The notes under the pieces were generated by a model. It worked only from the letters and a program-made list of their open reading frames with translations, made no database searches and was not told the DNA's origin. A stretch of 31,542 bases of DNA from an uncultured Acetobacteraceae bacterium (lineage in GTDB: Bacteria > Pseudomonadota > Alphaproteobacteria > Acetobacterales > Acetobacteraceae): contig CAXSHI010000029.1 of assembly GCA_964236755.1 (NCBI GenBank), positions 1 to 31,542 on the forward strand, read 5' to 3'. Position 1 is the first letter of the stretch. Each line of letters begins with the position of its first letter. The position numbers and the translations under genes were made by a program. Of this stretch, positions 19,321 through 27,775 are shown piece after piece.

Positions 19321-20811
19321 TCAGCCCTGGGCGGGCACCGCGACGAACAAGCTGTGGCCGTCCCGCAGCACGCGGAACGCCACGGCCTGCTGCTTCGCAC
19401 CTTTCTGCTCGCGGCCCTGCTGCGCGCGGATCGCCTGCACCGCCTGCTCCGGCGTCGCGACCGGGCGGTTGCCGACGCTCTGCAGCACGTCGCCGGGCTT
19501 CAGCCCCGCCTCGCTCGCCGGGCTGTTCGGGCGCACGGCCGCGACCACCGCGCCCGTCACCTCGTCGCCGAGGCCCAGGCTTTGCCGCGCGGCCGGGTTG
19601 ATCGGCGCGAGCGCGAGGCCGAGCTTGCCGTCCGACGGCTCGCCCGGCGCGCCGGCGTCGGCGACCTTGTCCGGCAGCGCCGCCGTGGTCATCGCCAGCG
19701 TCTGCTCGGCGCCGTCGCGCAGCACCGTCACCTCCGCGCCGGTGCCGGGCCGCAGCGCCGCCACCTGGCGGGCCAGGGCACGCGGGTCATCGACCACGGC
19801 GCCGTTCACCGCCGTCACGACGTCGCCCGGCTTCAACCCAGCCTTCGCCGCCGGCCCGTTCGGCTCAACGTCCGCCACCAGCGCGCCCGTGGCATGGGCA
19901 AGCTTCAGCGCCGCCGCCATCTCGGGGGTCAGCTTCTGCGACATCACGCCCAAATAGCCGCGGTCCAAATGGCCGTGCTCTTCCAGCTCCGCCACCACCT
20001 GCTTGACCAGGTTCGACGGAATGGCGAAGCCGATGCCGACCGAGCCGCCGGACGGGCTGTAGATCGCGGTGTTCACGCCGACCACGCTGCCGTCCGTGCT
20101 GAACAGCGGCCCGCCGGAGTTGCCGCGGTTGATCGGCGCGTCGACCTGCAGGAAATCGTCATACGGCCCGGCGCCGATGTCGCGGCCGCGCGCCGAGACG
20201 ATGCCGGCCGTGACCGTCCCACCCAGGCCGAACGGGTTGCCCATCGCCACAACCCAGTCGCCCGGACGCGCCTTGTCGCTGTCGCCCAGCGACAGGAACG
20301 GCAGCTTCGCCCCGGCATCGACCTGCAGCACGGCGACGTCGGTGCGGGCGTCGCGGCCCACCACGCGGGCGTCTAGCTCCCGCCCATCATCGAGCGTCAC
20401 GACGACCTTGGTGGCGCCGTCCACGACGTGGTTGTTGGTGACGACGTGGCCCTCGGCATCGACGATGAAGCCGGAGCCGAGCGCCTTGGCCGGACGCGCC
20501 TCCTCGCCGCCGGGCCGGCCGCCGAAGAAATGACGGAAGGTCTGGTCCTGCTCCGACCCCTTTGGGAAGGGCGAGGCGGCCTGCTCCGCCTGCACGCGCT
20601 CGGTGCTGGTGATGGTCACGACCGCGGGGCGCACGCGGGTGACGAGGTCGCCGAAGCCCGGCAGGGCGGCTATGGGCTGGGCCGTGATCGGCTGGGCCGC
20701 AACCTGGCCCTCGGCGGCGGCGGGGCGCAGCGTGGCGCCGAGGCCGCCCAGCGCGGTGCCGGCCAGCAGCACGGCGGCAAAGGCGGCGCGGCGGGATTTC
20801 AGACTGGACAT
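19321..20811 (-). CDS. degP: DegP/HtrA (Do) family periplasmic serine endoprotease with two PDZ domains
   Basis: ATG 20811 (MSSLKSRRAAFAAVLLAGTALGGLGATLRPAAA, signal peptide) with CAGGAG SD. The ORF-track N-extension to 21183 is junk. Trypsin-like core GSGFIVDAEGHVVTNNHVV…DVAVLQV…GNSGGPLF, followed by two PDZ-like segments. Confidence 0.9.
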   Translation of the reverse strand: MSSLKSRRAAFAAVLLAGTALGGLGATLRPAAAEGQVAAQPITAQPIAALPGFGDLVTRVRPAVVTITSTERVQAEQAASPFPKGSEQDQTFRHFFGGRPGGEEARPAKALGSGFIVDAEGHVVTNNHVVDGATKVVVTLDDGRELDARVVGRDARTDVAVLQVDAGAKLPFLSLGDSDKARPGDWVVAMGNPFGLGGTVTAGIVSARGRDIGAGPYDDFLQVDAPINRGNSGGPLFSTDGSVVGVNTAIYSPSGGSVGIGFAIPSNLVKQVVAELEEHGHLDRGYLGVMSQKLTPEMAAALKLAHATGALVADVEPNGPAAKAGLKPGDVVTAVNGAVVDDPRALARQVAALRPGTGAEVTVLRDGAEQTLAMTTAALPDKVADAGAPGEPSDGKLGLALAPINPAARQSLGLGDEVTGAVVAAVRPNSPASEAGLKPGDVLQSVGNRPVATPEQAVQAIRAQQGREQKGAKQQAVAFRVLRDGHSLFVAVPAQG

Positions 20812-20908
20812 GGGGTGCTCCTGAAGGGACCTGCGGATCGCTTCCGCATGGGCAGGCATATGCACCGTTCCGGATGGAGCGACGCCCCGCGCCACCATGT
20901 CGATTTTG

Positions 20909-22231
20909 TCAGACTTCGGGAAAGGCGAGCGTGACCGAAAGGCCCGGCGCCGCGTCCTCCAGCCGCAGCGCCGCGCCGTGCAGCCGCGCCACGGCGGCAA
21001 CCAGCGCCAGGCCCAGGCCGCTGCCGGGCGTATGGCGGCTGCGGTCCAGGCGGTAGAACCGCTCCAGCACGCGCCCGCGCTCGCCGACGGGGACGCCGGG
21101 TCCGGTGTCGCCGACGCGCAGCGCGGGGCCGCCGCCCGGCACGGCCTCGACGGAAACCTGGACCTGCACGGCGGGGCCGCCATGGGTCAGCGCGTTCTCG
21201 ACCAGGTTGGCGACGGCCTGCCGCAGCAGCGCCGGGTCGCCCCGCACGCGCTGGCCCGGCGCCAGGCGCGTGTCCAGGCGCTGCCCGGCGTCCTCGGCCA
21301 CGGCCGCATAGAGTTCGGCGACGTCGGCCGCCAGCGCCGACAGGTCCACCGGCTCAAGGCTCGCGCCGGTCAGCCCGGCCTCCACCTGCGCGATGCGCAG
21401 CAGGGCGGAGAAGGTCGCCAGCACGCCATCCAGCTCCAGGAGGCTGGCCTCCAGCGTCCGTGCGTCGGCCTCCGGCTCGCGCGGTCGGGCCACGGCGGCC
21501 TCAAGCTGCTGGCGCAGGCGGAACAGCGGGCTGCGCAGGTCGTGCGCGACGCTGGCCGTGGTGGAGCGCAGGCCCTCCACCAGCGCCTCGACCCGGGCCA
21601 GCACGGCGTTCACCGTGCCGGCCAGCCGGTCGAACTCGTCATGCGTGCCGCTCAAGGGCAGGCGGCGCGACAGGTCGCCGGTGATAACGGCCTGCCCGGC
21701 CTCCGACACCTGGCGCAGCCGGCGCTCCAGCCGGCGCGCCGCGACGAAGCCGAGCAGCAGCGCGGCCAGCGCCGCCACCGCGCCCGCGACTGGCAGCGTG
21801 GCGGTGAGCGCCGCCGCGCCCCGCCGCACCGGCGCCAGGTCCGCCCCCACCAGCAGCTCCAGCCCGCCCGGCAGCGCCGCGCCGAGCACCCGCAAGTCCC
21901 GCCCGTCCGGCGCACGCAGCGTGGTGAAGCCATGCAGCCCGGCCGGCACCCCATCCAGGGCGCCGGCCACCCGGCCGCCATCGGCGGTGCGCAGCAGCAC
22001 GAGCGCGCCGCGGCGCCGGGCGGCGGCGGCGATGCTGGCGGCGAAGCCCTGCGGACCGAAGTTCTGCAGGTCCTCCAGGTAGCCCTCCGCGTCGGCCGCG
22101 ATCGCCGCGTCGAGCTGCGCGCCGAGCGCGCCCGCCACCCGCAGGTAGGCCCACCCGAAGCCCGCGCCGCAGACCAGCACCACCAAGGCGGCCGAAAGGG
22201 CTGCGACCCGGAGCGCGAAGCTCTGGCGCAT
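20909..22231 (-). CDS. Two-component sensor histidine kinase (periplasmic sensing; HAMP, HisKA, HATPase)
   Basis: Start ATG 22231 (MRQSFALRVAALSAALVVLVC, TM1). GTG 22240 is an alternative start. Second TM ~LTATLPVAGAVAALAALLLGFVAA. H-box SVAHDLRSPLFRL. N/G boxes LVENALTHGG…VGDTGPGVP…GSGLGLALV. Confidence 0.8.
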   Translation of the reverse strand: MRQSFALRVAALSAALVVLVCGAGFGWAYLRVAGALGAQLDAAIAADAEGYLEDLQNFGPQGFAASIAAAARRRGALVLLRTADGGRVAGALDGVPAGLHGFTTLRAPDGRDLRVLGAALPGGLELLVGADLAPVRRGAAALTATLPVAGAVAALAALLLGFVAARRLERRLRQVSEAGQAVITGDLSRRLPLSGTHDEFDRLAGTVNAVLARVEALVEGLRSTTASVAHDLRSPLFRLRQQLEAAVARPREPEADARTLEASLLELDGVLATFSALLRIAQVEAGLTGASLEPVDLSALAADVAELYAAVAEDAGQRLDTRLAPGQRVRGDPALLRQAVANLVENALTHGGPAVQVQVSVEAVPGGGPALRVGDTGPGVPVGERGRVLERFYRLDRSRHTPGSGLGLALVAAVARLHGAALRLEDAAPGLSVTLAFPEV

Positions 22232-22246
22232 GCCGCCCACCCGCGG

Positions 22247-22939
22247 CTAGTCCGGCCCGAACATGTAGCCGGCGCCGCGCAGGGTGCGGATGAGCGGCGG
22301 GCCGCCGGCTTCTTCCCGCACGGCGTCCAGCTTGCGCCGCAGCCGGCTCACGTGGACATCGACCACGTTGGTCGTGGGGTCGAAGTTGAAGTCCCACACC
22401 CGCTCCAGCAGCATGGTGCGCGTCAGCACCTGGCCCGGGTGGCGCATCATGAACTCCAGAAGGCGGAACTCGGTCGGCAGCAGCTCGACCGGCCGGCCGG
22501 CCCGGCGCACGGTGCGGCGCAGCAGGTTCATCTCGACGTCGCCGACGCGCAGCACCGCGGCCTCTCCCGCGCCGGTGGCCGCGGCGCGCCGGGTCATGGC
22601 GTCGAGACGGGCGCGCAGCTCGCTGAAGGCGAAGGGCTTGGCCAGGTAGTCGTCGGCGCCGGCGTCCAGCCCGTCCACCCGGGCATCGACCTCGCCCAGC
22701 GCCGTCACGATCAGCACCGGGGTGCGGTTGCCGGACGCGCGCAGCGCCCGCAGGATGCTCAGGCCGTCGGGACCCGGCAGCATCCGGTCGGCAATGATCG
22801 CGTCGAACCCCTCGTCCAGCGCCAGGACCAGGCCGTCGCGCCCGGTGCGCGCCACCTCGACGACATGGCCCACCTCCCGCAGCCCCTTGGCCAGGTAGTC
22901 CGCGGTGGACCGGTCGTCCTCGATCAGCAGCACGCGCAT
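22247..22939 (-). CDS. OmpR-family response regulator (receiver + winged-helix)
   Basis: MRVLLIEDDRSTADYLAKGLREVGHVVEVARTGRDGL…DAIIADRMLPGPDGLSILRALR…LTRTMLLERVWDFNFDPTTNVVDVHVSRLRRKL. GAGGA SD 6 nt upstream of ATG 22939. Stop is 15 nt upstream of the kinase ATG. Confidence 0.9.
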   Translation of the reverse strand: MRVLLIEDDRSTADYLAKGLREVGHVVEVARTGRDGLVLALDEGFDAIIADRMLPGPDGLSILRALRASGNRTPVLIVTALGEVDARVDGLDAGADDYLAKPFAFSELRARLDAMTRRAAATGAGEAAVLRVGDVEMNLLRRTVRRAGRPVELLPTEFRLLEFMMRHPGQVLTRTMLLERVWDFNFDPTTNVVDVHVSRLRRKLDAVREEAGGPPLIRTLRGAGYMFGPD

Positions 22940-23006
22940 GGCGATCCTCGACCCGTCCAGGCTGCGCAGGCCTGCTTAGGCGTCCGCGGCGGCCGGACGG
23001 CCCGGA

Positions 23007-23342
23007 TCAGCGGCTGCGCAGGCGCTTCGCGTTTGCGGTCGCCCGGCTGTGCAACGGCCTCAGCAGAGCCTCAGCCGAAACGTTTCCCGGCGACGCCAGC
23101 ACCCGGCCGATGTCCCAGGCCGCCGCCGCCTTCTCGGACACCATGCGGTTGTACTCAGCCGCGGAGCAGGCGTTGCGCGCCATCAGCAGGCTGCGGCGGG
23201 CAATCGTTTCCCAGGAGGCCCAGGCCAGCTCTGCCATCATCAAGGGAGCCGGAAGGGCGGCATGGCGCTTGGGAGTTTTCACCTCCACAGCATAAGCCCG
23301 GCGTGGCCCGAAACGAAGCGCCCCGGCGGCAATTCCATCCAT
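23007..23342 (-). CDS. Small conserved hypothetical protein (~110 aa; possibly shorter, starting at 23240)
   Basis: Very high GC3 in this frame over ~23007..23250 (MMAELAWASWETIARRSLLMARNACSAAEYNRMVSEKAAAAWDIGRVLASPGNVSAEALLRPLHSRATANAKRLRSR). ATG 23342 has an AGGA SD. The 5' part of ORF-track entry 23007..23552 lies in AT-rich, low-GC3 sequence and is not coding. Divergent from the phasin-like gene. Confidence 0.4.
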   Translation of the reverse strand: MDGIAAGALRFGPRRAYAVEVKTPKRHAALPAPLMMAELAWASWETIARRSLLMARNACSAAEYNRMVSEKAAAAWDIGRVLASPGNVSAEALLRPLHSRATANAKRLRSR

Positions 23343-23640
23343 CCGTGTCCTGAAAGCCCTGCCCGCAGGGCGCAGCAGGAACACCCGTCTCGATGGCGCA
23401 AGCCCGACGAAGGCGGCGGGTGCCGCAACGATGGCAACGGTAAGAGCAATGAATGCACCAAGGCTCACCTCGCTCAATCCAGAAACAAACCATAATGAGA
23501 CACGTTCCGCCTGGACCAAGTACAATACTGTCAAACGCTTTAAAAATTGCACAACTTACAATTACAGCATGCTGTTTCATTGTGTCAAGATTTGAGATCG
23601 GAATGCAGCTCTGCGCTGAGATTGCGTCACACGTCCGGTT

Positions 23641-23656
23641 ATCACGTTTTCGTGAT
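23641..23656. promoter_or_regulatory. Perfect 6-4-6 palindrome ATCACGTTTTCGTGAT in the AT-rich divergent intergenic region (candidate operator)
   Basis: ttATCACGTTTTCGTGATtt lies ~85 nt upstream of the phasin-like ATG (23738) and ~300 nt upstream of the divergent small gene. The surrounding 23440..23737 is <45% GC. Confidence 0.35.
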
Positions 23657-23737
23657 TTCAATGTTTGTTCGGAATCATGCAATTTCCTATGGTGCAATGC
23701 ACAAAATGATACCAGCCCTATTTTTTTGGAGCCATCA

Positions 23738-24427
23738 ATGTCAGACAGCAACAAGCTGCAGGGCGCCAAGCCCGCCAGCAGCCAAGCGACGGTCGGGGCC
23801 AACGTGTGGGCCGAGACTCAGGCAGCTGAACAGGCTGCGCACCAGGGCGCCACGGCCGCCCAGCAGGGCGCCCGCGCCGCGGAGGAGGCGGCGCGCCGGG
23901 GCGCCGAGGCGACGGCCGACGTGACGCGCCAAGGCACCCAGGCCGGAGTCGAGGCGCTGCGCCGGGTCAGCGAGACCGCGAACGAGACCGTGCGCCGGAG
24001 CACGCACGCCCTGGCCGAGGGCCAGCGGCAGATCGCCCAGGACACGGCGCAGACGCTTGAGGCCGTCAGCCGCAAGGTGGCCCAGGCGGCGCAGGGCGCG
24101 TCTGAGGACGTGCGCCACCTCATGACGCTGCCCCAGGCCGCCGAGGGTGGCCTGCGCGACATGCAGCACGGCGTGGCGGGCCTGGTGGAAGGCGTCGTGC
24201 AGGCCAATCTGCGCATGACCAAGGAGCTGTTCCGCTTCTCCAACCCGACCGCGGTCGTCGAGATGCAGCAGCGGTTCGCGCAGGAATACATGGACACGCT
24301 GATGCAGGGCACCACGGCGATGCTCCGCGCCATCCGCCGCACCGCCGACGAGACGCTGCGCCCGTTGGAGGCGCAGGCCAGCCAGCGTCAGCAGGCGCGC
24401 CAGGGCCAGCGCCCCGCGGCCGAGTAG
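23738..24427 (+). CDS. Phasin-family protein (PHA granule-associated protein-like)
   Basis: ATG 23738 with GGAG SD. The ORF-track N-extension from 23453 is in AT-rich non-coding DNA. Ala/Gln-rich amphipathic helices. C-terminal LRMTKELFRFSNPTAVVEMQQRFAQEYMDTLMQGTTAMLRAIRRTADETLRPLEAQ resembles the phasin_2 region. Confidence 0.5.
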   Translation: MSDSNKLQGAKPASSQATVGANVWAETQAAEQAAHQGATAAQQGARAAEEAARRGAEATADVTRQGTQAGVEALRRVSETANETVRRSTHALAEGQRQIAQDTAQTLEAVSRKVAQAAQGASEDVRHLMTLPQAAEGGLRDMQHGVAGLVEGVVQANLRMTKELFRFSNPTAVVEMQQRFAQEYMDTLMQGTTAMLRAIRRTADETLRPLEAQASQRQQARQGQRPAAE

Positions 24428-24555
24428 CCGCGGCGCGGGCGTCCGCGTCCGCTCGAAGAGCCGGCGTCGGCGCGAAGCCGGGCCGGCGTGCACAACAAAG
24501 GACGGCGCCGGCGGCATGAACCCCGGGCCGGGCGCCGTCCCCACGATGGAGATTG

Positions 24556-25428
24556 ATGATGGCTTACGATCCCAACACGGCCCCACGCGACGCGACCCTG
24601 CGCTCGGACGCCCCGGTGACGACGGGCATCCCGTTCTGGGACATGATGCTCTCCTTCGGCAAGGCGTCGCAGCAGGCCATGGCCGGCTACGCCCCGCGCG
24701 GCGACCGTCCCGCGCAGCCCGGCCACGGCGCCGTGCAGCCCTCCGCAAGCAGCGTGGAGGTCATCCCGGTCGGCGAGGAGACGCTGAACGTCGGCACCCG
24801 CCTGGTCGCGGGCGAGACGACCCGCGTGCGCCGCGTCGTGGTGGAGACCCCGGTCGAGCAGGCGGTGTCGCTGCGCGAGGAGCGGGTGGTCGTCGAGCGC
24901 CGCAAGCCCTCGGCCGCGACCGCGGTGGCCACGCAGGGCATCCTGACCGAAAGCGTCATCGAGATGAGCGACAGCTTCGAGGTGGCCGAGGTCTGGAAAA
25001 GCGTGCGGGTCACGGAAGAGGTCGTGCTGCGCCGCGAGGTGACGGAGCGGCACGAGACGGTGCGCGACACCGTGCGCCACGACGAGGTCGTCGTCGAGCA
25101 TGTCAACCGCGCGCTGCCTGGACCTCGCCTGGAGGCAGTGGCGACGCATGCCAGCCAGCCCACCGCGGTGCCGCCGCAGGCCGGCAAGCCTGAGCCGGCG
25201 CAGCTGGCAGCCGACCTGAAGAAGGTTGCCGAGCGGTTCGAGGCCAACACGGAGCCGCACGACAAGGCGCCGACGCCGGCTCGCGCCGAGGCCGGCCCGG
25301 CAAAGGCCGAGCACAAGCCCGTGGCGGTGCAATCCACCAAGGCCGTGGCCGAGCCGCCAAAGCCGGCCGCACGTCCCGAGACCAGCGCCGCGCACAGCGA
25401 CAAGGGCGCCGCCGGCCAGAAGCACTAA
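24556..25428 (+). CDS. DUF2382 (YsnF/AvaK-like) domain general stress protein
   Basis: VEVIPVGEETLNVGTRLVAGETTRVRRVVVETPVEQAVSLREERVVVERRKP fits the DUF2382 repeat consensus (IPVxEExLxVGKRxVxxGxVRVxK…VxLRxExVxVER). Second copy SFEVAEVWKSVRVTEEVVLRREVTERHETVRDTVRHDEVVVE. GGAG SD before ATG 24556/24559; TTG 24553 is in the track. Confidence 0.75.
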   Translation: MMAYDPNTAPRDATLRSDAPVTTGIPFWDMMLSFGKASQQAMAGYAPRGDRPAQPGHGAVQPSASSVEVIPVGEETLNVGTRLVAGETTRVRRVVVETPVEQAVSLREERVVVERRKPSAATAVATQGILTESVIEMSDSFEVAEVWKSVRVTEEVVLRREVTERHETVRDTVRHDEVVVEHVNRALPGPRLEAVATHASQPTAVPPQAGKPEPAQLAADLKKVAERFEANTEPHDKAPTPARAEAGPAKAEHKPVAVQSTKAVAEPPKPAARPETSAAHSDKGAAGQKH

Positions 25429-25452
25429 GGCCGTCAAGCACTAAGGCCGTCA
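25421..25452. repeat. Perfect 16-bp tandem duplication (agcactaaggccgtca x2) spanning the DUF2382 stop codon
   Basis: Positions 25421..25436 and 25437..25452 are identical. The TAA stop (25426..25428) is duplicated 16 nt downstream. Confidence 0.8.
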
Positions 25453-25461
25453 CGGGCCGGC

Positions 25462-25546
25462 CGGATGGACCCGCATTCGGCCGGCTGGCTGCGCGGCTCC
25501 GACGGATGGCCGGCGCCACCGGCAGGTGCGCCGGCCATTCTCGGTG
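25462..25546. terminator. Two GC-rich hairpins between convergent genes (DUF2382 gene and amidase). Candidate bidirectional, U-tract-less terminators.
   Basis: ggccggatg-gacccg-cattcggcc (one mismatch). tggccggcgc-caccggcaggt-gcgccggcca (10-bp perfect stem). No flanking T/A runs. Confidence 0.3.
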
Positions 25547-25559
25547 CGCTTGGCGGGCG

Positions 25560-26969
25560 TCAGGCGCTTCTAGGAATGGGATCAATCGGCGCGGGCGGCA
25601 CGCCGCCGGCCTCGATCGCCTCGCCCGCGAGCAGGCAAAGGTCCTCGCGGTACCGCCCGGCGACCACCTGCACCCCGACCGGAGTGCGCCCGACCAGTCC
25701 GGTGGACACGACCAGGCCGGGCAAGCCCATCAGCGGCAGGCCGCTCTGGGTGAGCTGCGCCCGCCACACCCGATCGAACGCCCCGGGGCTTTCCATGTCC
25801 AGGCCGTCCGGGAACGGCAGCTCCCCCGACACCGGCAGCAGCAGGACCGGATGGCGCTCCAGGAACAGCAGCCATTCGCGGGTCAGCCCGGCGCGGCGGA
25901 GCAGCGCCTGGGCCACCACGTCCGGCGGCAGCCCCTCCGCCTGGGGCCGCATCGCCGCCAGCGTGGCGAGCGCCCCGGGGTCGCCCTCCCGCGTGATCGC
26001 GTCCGCGAAGCCCGCGAAGCCTTCGCCCAGCCAAAGCTTGACCTGCAGATCCGTCGCCTCGTGCAGCGACGGCGTGTCCGCCACCTCCTCGACCGTCCAG
26101 CCCGCGGCCTGGAGGCGTCGGGCCGCGTCGCGCAGCGCCGCATCGACCTCCGGCACGACCGCGAGGCCGCCGGGCCGCACGCAGAGCGTGGCGCGGCGAG
26201 GTGTTGGCGGCCCTTCGAGCGGCGCCGGCACCCACCAGGGGTCGCGCGCGTCCGCCGCCGCCATGGCCGCAAGCCCCAGGCGCAGGTCGCCGATCGTGCG
26301 GCCGATGGGTCCGGACACCGCCATGAGCTGCGGCCCGATCCCCCGCTCCGGCAAGGAGGCGTTGAAGGCCGGCACCCGGCCGAGCGAGGGCCGCAGCCCA
26401 TGCACGCCGCAGGCGTAGGCGGGGTAGCGGATCGACCCGGCGATGTCGGTGCCGTGCGCCAGGTGCCCGATCCCCACCGCCACCGCCGACGCGGCACCGC
26501 CCGAGGACCCGCCGGGCGTCAGCGCCGGGTCGCGCGGGTTGCGGGTGTCGCCGTGCAGCAGGTTGCTGGTGAACCAGCGCAGCGAAAAGGCCGGCGCGTT
26601 GGTCCGTCCCAGCAGCACCGCGCCGGCCCGCAGCAGGTTGTCCACCACGGGGCTGTTGGATTGCGCCACCAGGTCGCGCTGCAGGGTCACGCCGTTGGTG
26701 GTGGCGAAGCCGGCCTGGTCGGCGTTCACCTTCACCGTGACGGGCACGCCGGCCAGCACGCCCGGGTCGTCGCCGGCGGCGATGGCGCGGTCGATCCGGT
26801 CGGCGGCTGCCCGCACCTCCTCGGGCCGGTGCTCCACCACGGCGTTGACCTGCGGGTTCACCGCGTCGAGCCGGGCCAGCGCGGCATCGGCGGCCTCCCG
26901 CGCCGAGACCTCCCGCCGGCGGATCATGGAGGCCAGAGCGGCGGCGGACAGGCGCCAGATCTCGGTCAT
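25560..26969 (-). CDS. Amidase (amidase-signature family)
   Basis: 469 aa. GGSSGGAASAVAVG and the upstream …GRTNAPAFSLRWFTSNLLHGDTRNP… region fit the AS-family Ser-cisSer-Lys enzymes. Confidence 0.85.
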   Translation of the reverse strand: MTEIWRLSAAALASMIRRREVSAREAADAALARLDAVNPQVNAVVEHRPEEVRAAADRIDRAIAAGDDPGVLAGVPVTVKVNADQAGFATTNGVTLQRDLVAQSNSPVVDNLLRAGAVLLGRTNAPAFSLRWFTSNLLHGDTRNPRDPALTPGGSSGGAASAVAVGIGHLAHGTDIAGSIRYPAYACGVHGLRPSLGRVPAFNASLPERGIGPQLMAVSGPIGRTIGDLRLGLAAMAAADARDPWWVPAPLEGPPTPRRATLCVRPGGLAVVPEVDAALRDAARRLQAAGWTVEEVADTPSLHEATDLQVKLWLGEGFAGFADAITREGDPGALATLAAMRPQAEGLPPDVVAQALLRRAGLTREWLLFLERHPVLLLPVSGELPFPDGLDMESPGAFDRVWRAQLTQSGLPLMGLPGLVVSTGLVGRTPVGVQVVAGRYREDLCLLAGEAIEAGGVPPAPIDPIPRSA

Positions 26970-26994
26970 CGGCGGTTCCTTCGGGTTCGGGAGA

Positions 26995-27627
26995 TCAGAC
27001 CACCGCGCCCGTGATGGTCTGGGGATAGGGCGTCGTCGTTTGGAAAGAGGGCCGGGCCATCAGCCCGTCCATGTAGCGGGCGAGGCTGGGGTGCGTCTCG
27101 CGCCAGCCCAGCTCGGGGAAGCGCACGTCGAGGTAGCCCAGCACGCTGCCGGCGGAGATGTCGGCGATGCCGAACGCGCCGCCGACCGCATGGGGCCGCT
27201 CCCCCACCACGCGGGCGATCTCGGCGACGCCGCCGCGCACCTTGCGCATCTGGCGGTCGGTCCAGGGTTGGCTACGGTGCGCCTCGGGCCGCATGCGCTC
27301 GAAGAACACCAGCAGCAGGGCGTCGCACACGCCGGTCGCCAGCGCGTCCATCCGCTTGTGCGCGAGGATGCCGTCGTCGTCGGGGGGCAGCAGCGGCGGC
27401 TCCGGAAACTTCCGCTCGATCCATTCCAAGATGAAACTGCTTTCCCAGAGCGCCGACCCGTCGTCCGGCAGCAGGACCGGCAGCTTCTCCAGCGGGTTGT
27501 GCTGCGGCAGGCTGGTGTCGTCGTTCCACGGCACCTCCGTCTGCAGCGTGAAAGGCACCGATTTCTCAGCCAGCGCGATGCGCACCTTGCGTGCGTAGGG
27601 ACTGGGCGTGGCGCTGATCAGCTTCAT
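26995..27627 (-). CDS. Glutathione S-transferase family protein
   Basis: ATG 27627 (MKLISATPSPYARKVRIALAEKSVPFTLQTEVPWNDDTSLPQHNPLEKLPVLLPDDGSALWESSFILEWIERKF…). Thioredoxin-like GST N-domain with SPYARKVR, and an alpha-helical C-domain. The ORF-track extension to 28332 is junk. Confidence 0.8.
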   Translation of the reverse strand: MKLISATPSPYARKVRIALAEKSVPFTLQTEVPWNDDTSLPQHNPLEKLPVLLPDDGSALWESSFILEWIERKFPEPPLLPPDDDGILAHKRMDALATGVCDALLLVFFERMRPEAHRSQPWTDRQMRKVRGGVAEIARVVGERPHAVGGAFGIADISAGSVLGYLDVRFPELGWRETHPSLARYMDGLMARPSFQTTTPYPQTITGAVV

Positions 27628-27723
27628 GGCGGCGTCCTGCGGCTCGGATGCAGCCGGCATGAGAAGCCCCGATCCGCGGCGTGGCAATAGGGCGGCGCGG
27701 AAACCGCAGGCGTCCCGAACCCG

Positions 27724-27749
27724 GTGAACGCGCCGGCCTTCCCGGCGTT
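27724..27749 (+). promoter_or_regulatory. Candidate EcfG-type (general stress ECF sigma) promoter: gtGAAC-N16-CGTT
   Basis: ggtGAACgcgccggccttcccggCGTTgaa has -35 GAAC at 27726..27729, a 16-nt spacer, and -10 CGTT at 27746..27749, 26 nt upstream of ATG 27776. A second GAAC lies 10 nt further upstream. Confidence 0.35.
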
Positions 27750-27775
27750 GAACCCGCAGCCACAAGGAGCGACCG

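Noticed and set aside
20812-20908. sigmaE-type promoter for degP (GGAAC at 20871..20867, minus strand)
   Set aside because: No matching -10 (no CGTT/TCTGA-like element at N16-17). A single pentamer is insufficient.
20897-23353. 818-aa plus-strand ORF
   Set aside because: Antisense to the response regulator/histidine kinase/degP genes, which carry clear family motifs. The translation is Arg/Gly/Pro-rich junk.
24388-25437. 349-aa minus ORF overlapping the DUF2382 gene
   Set aside because: The plus-strand frame carries the DUF2382 repeat consensus. The minus frame is low-complexity.
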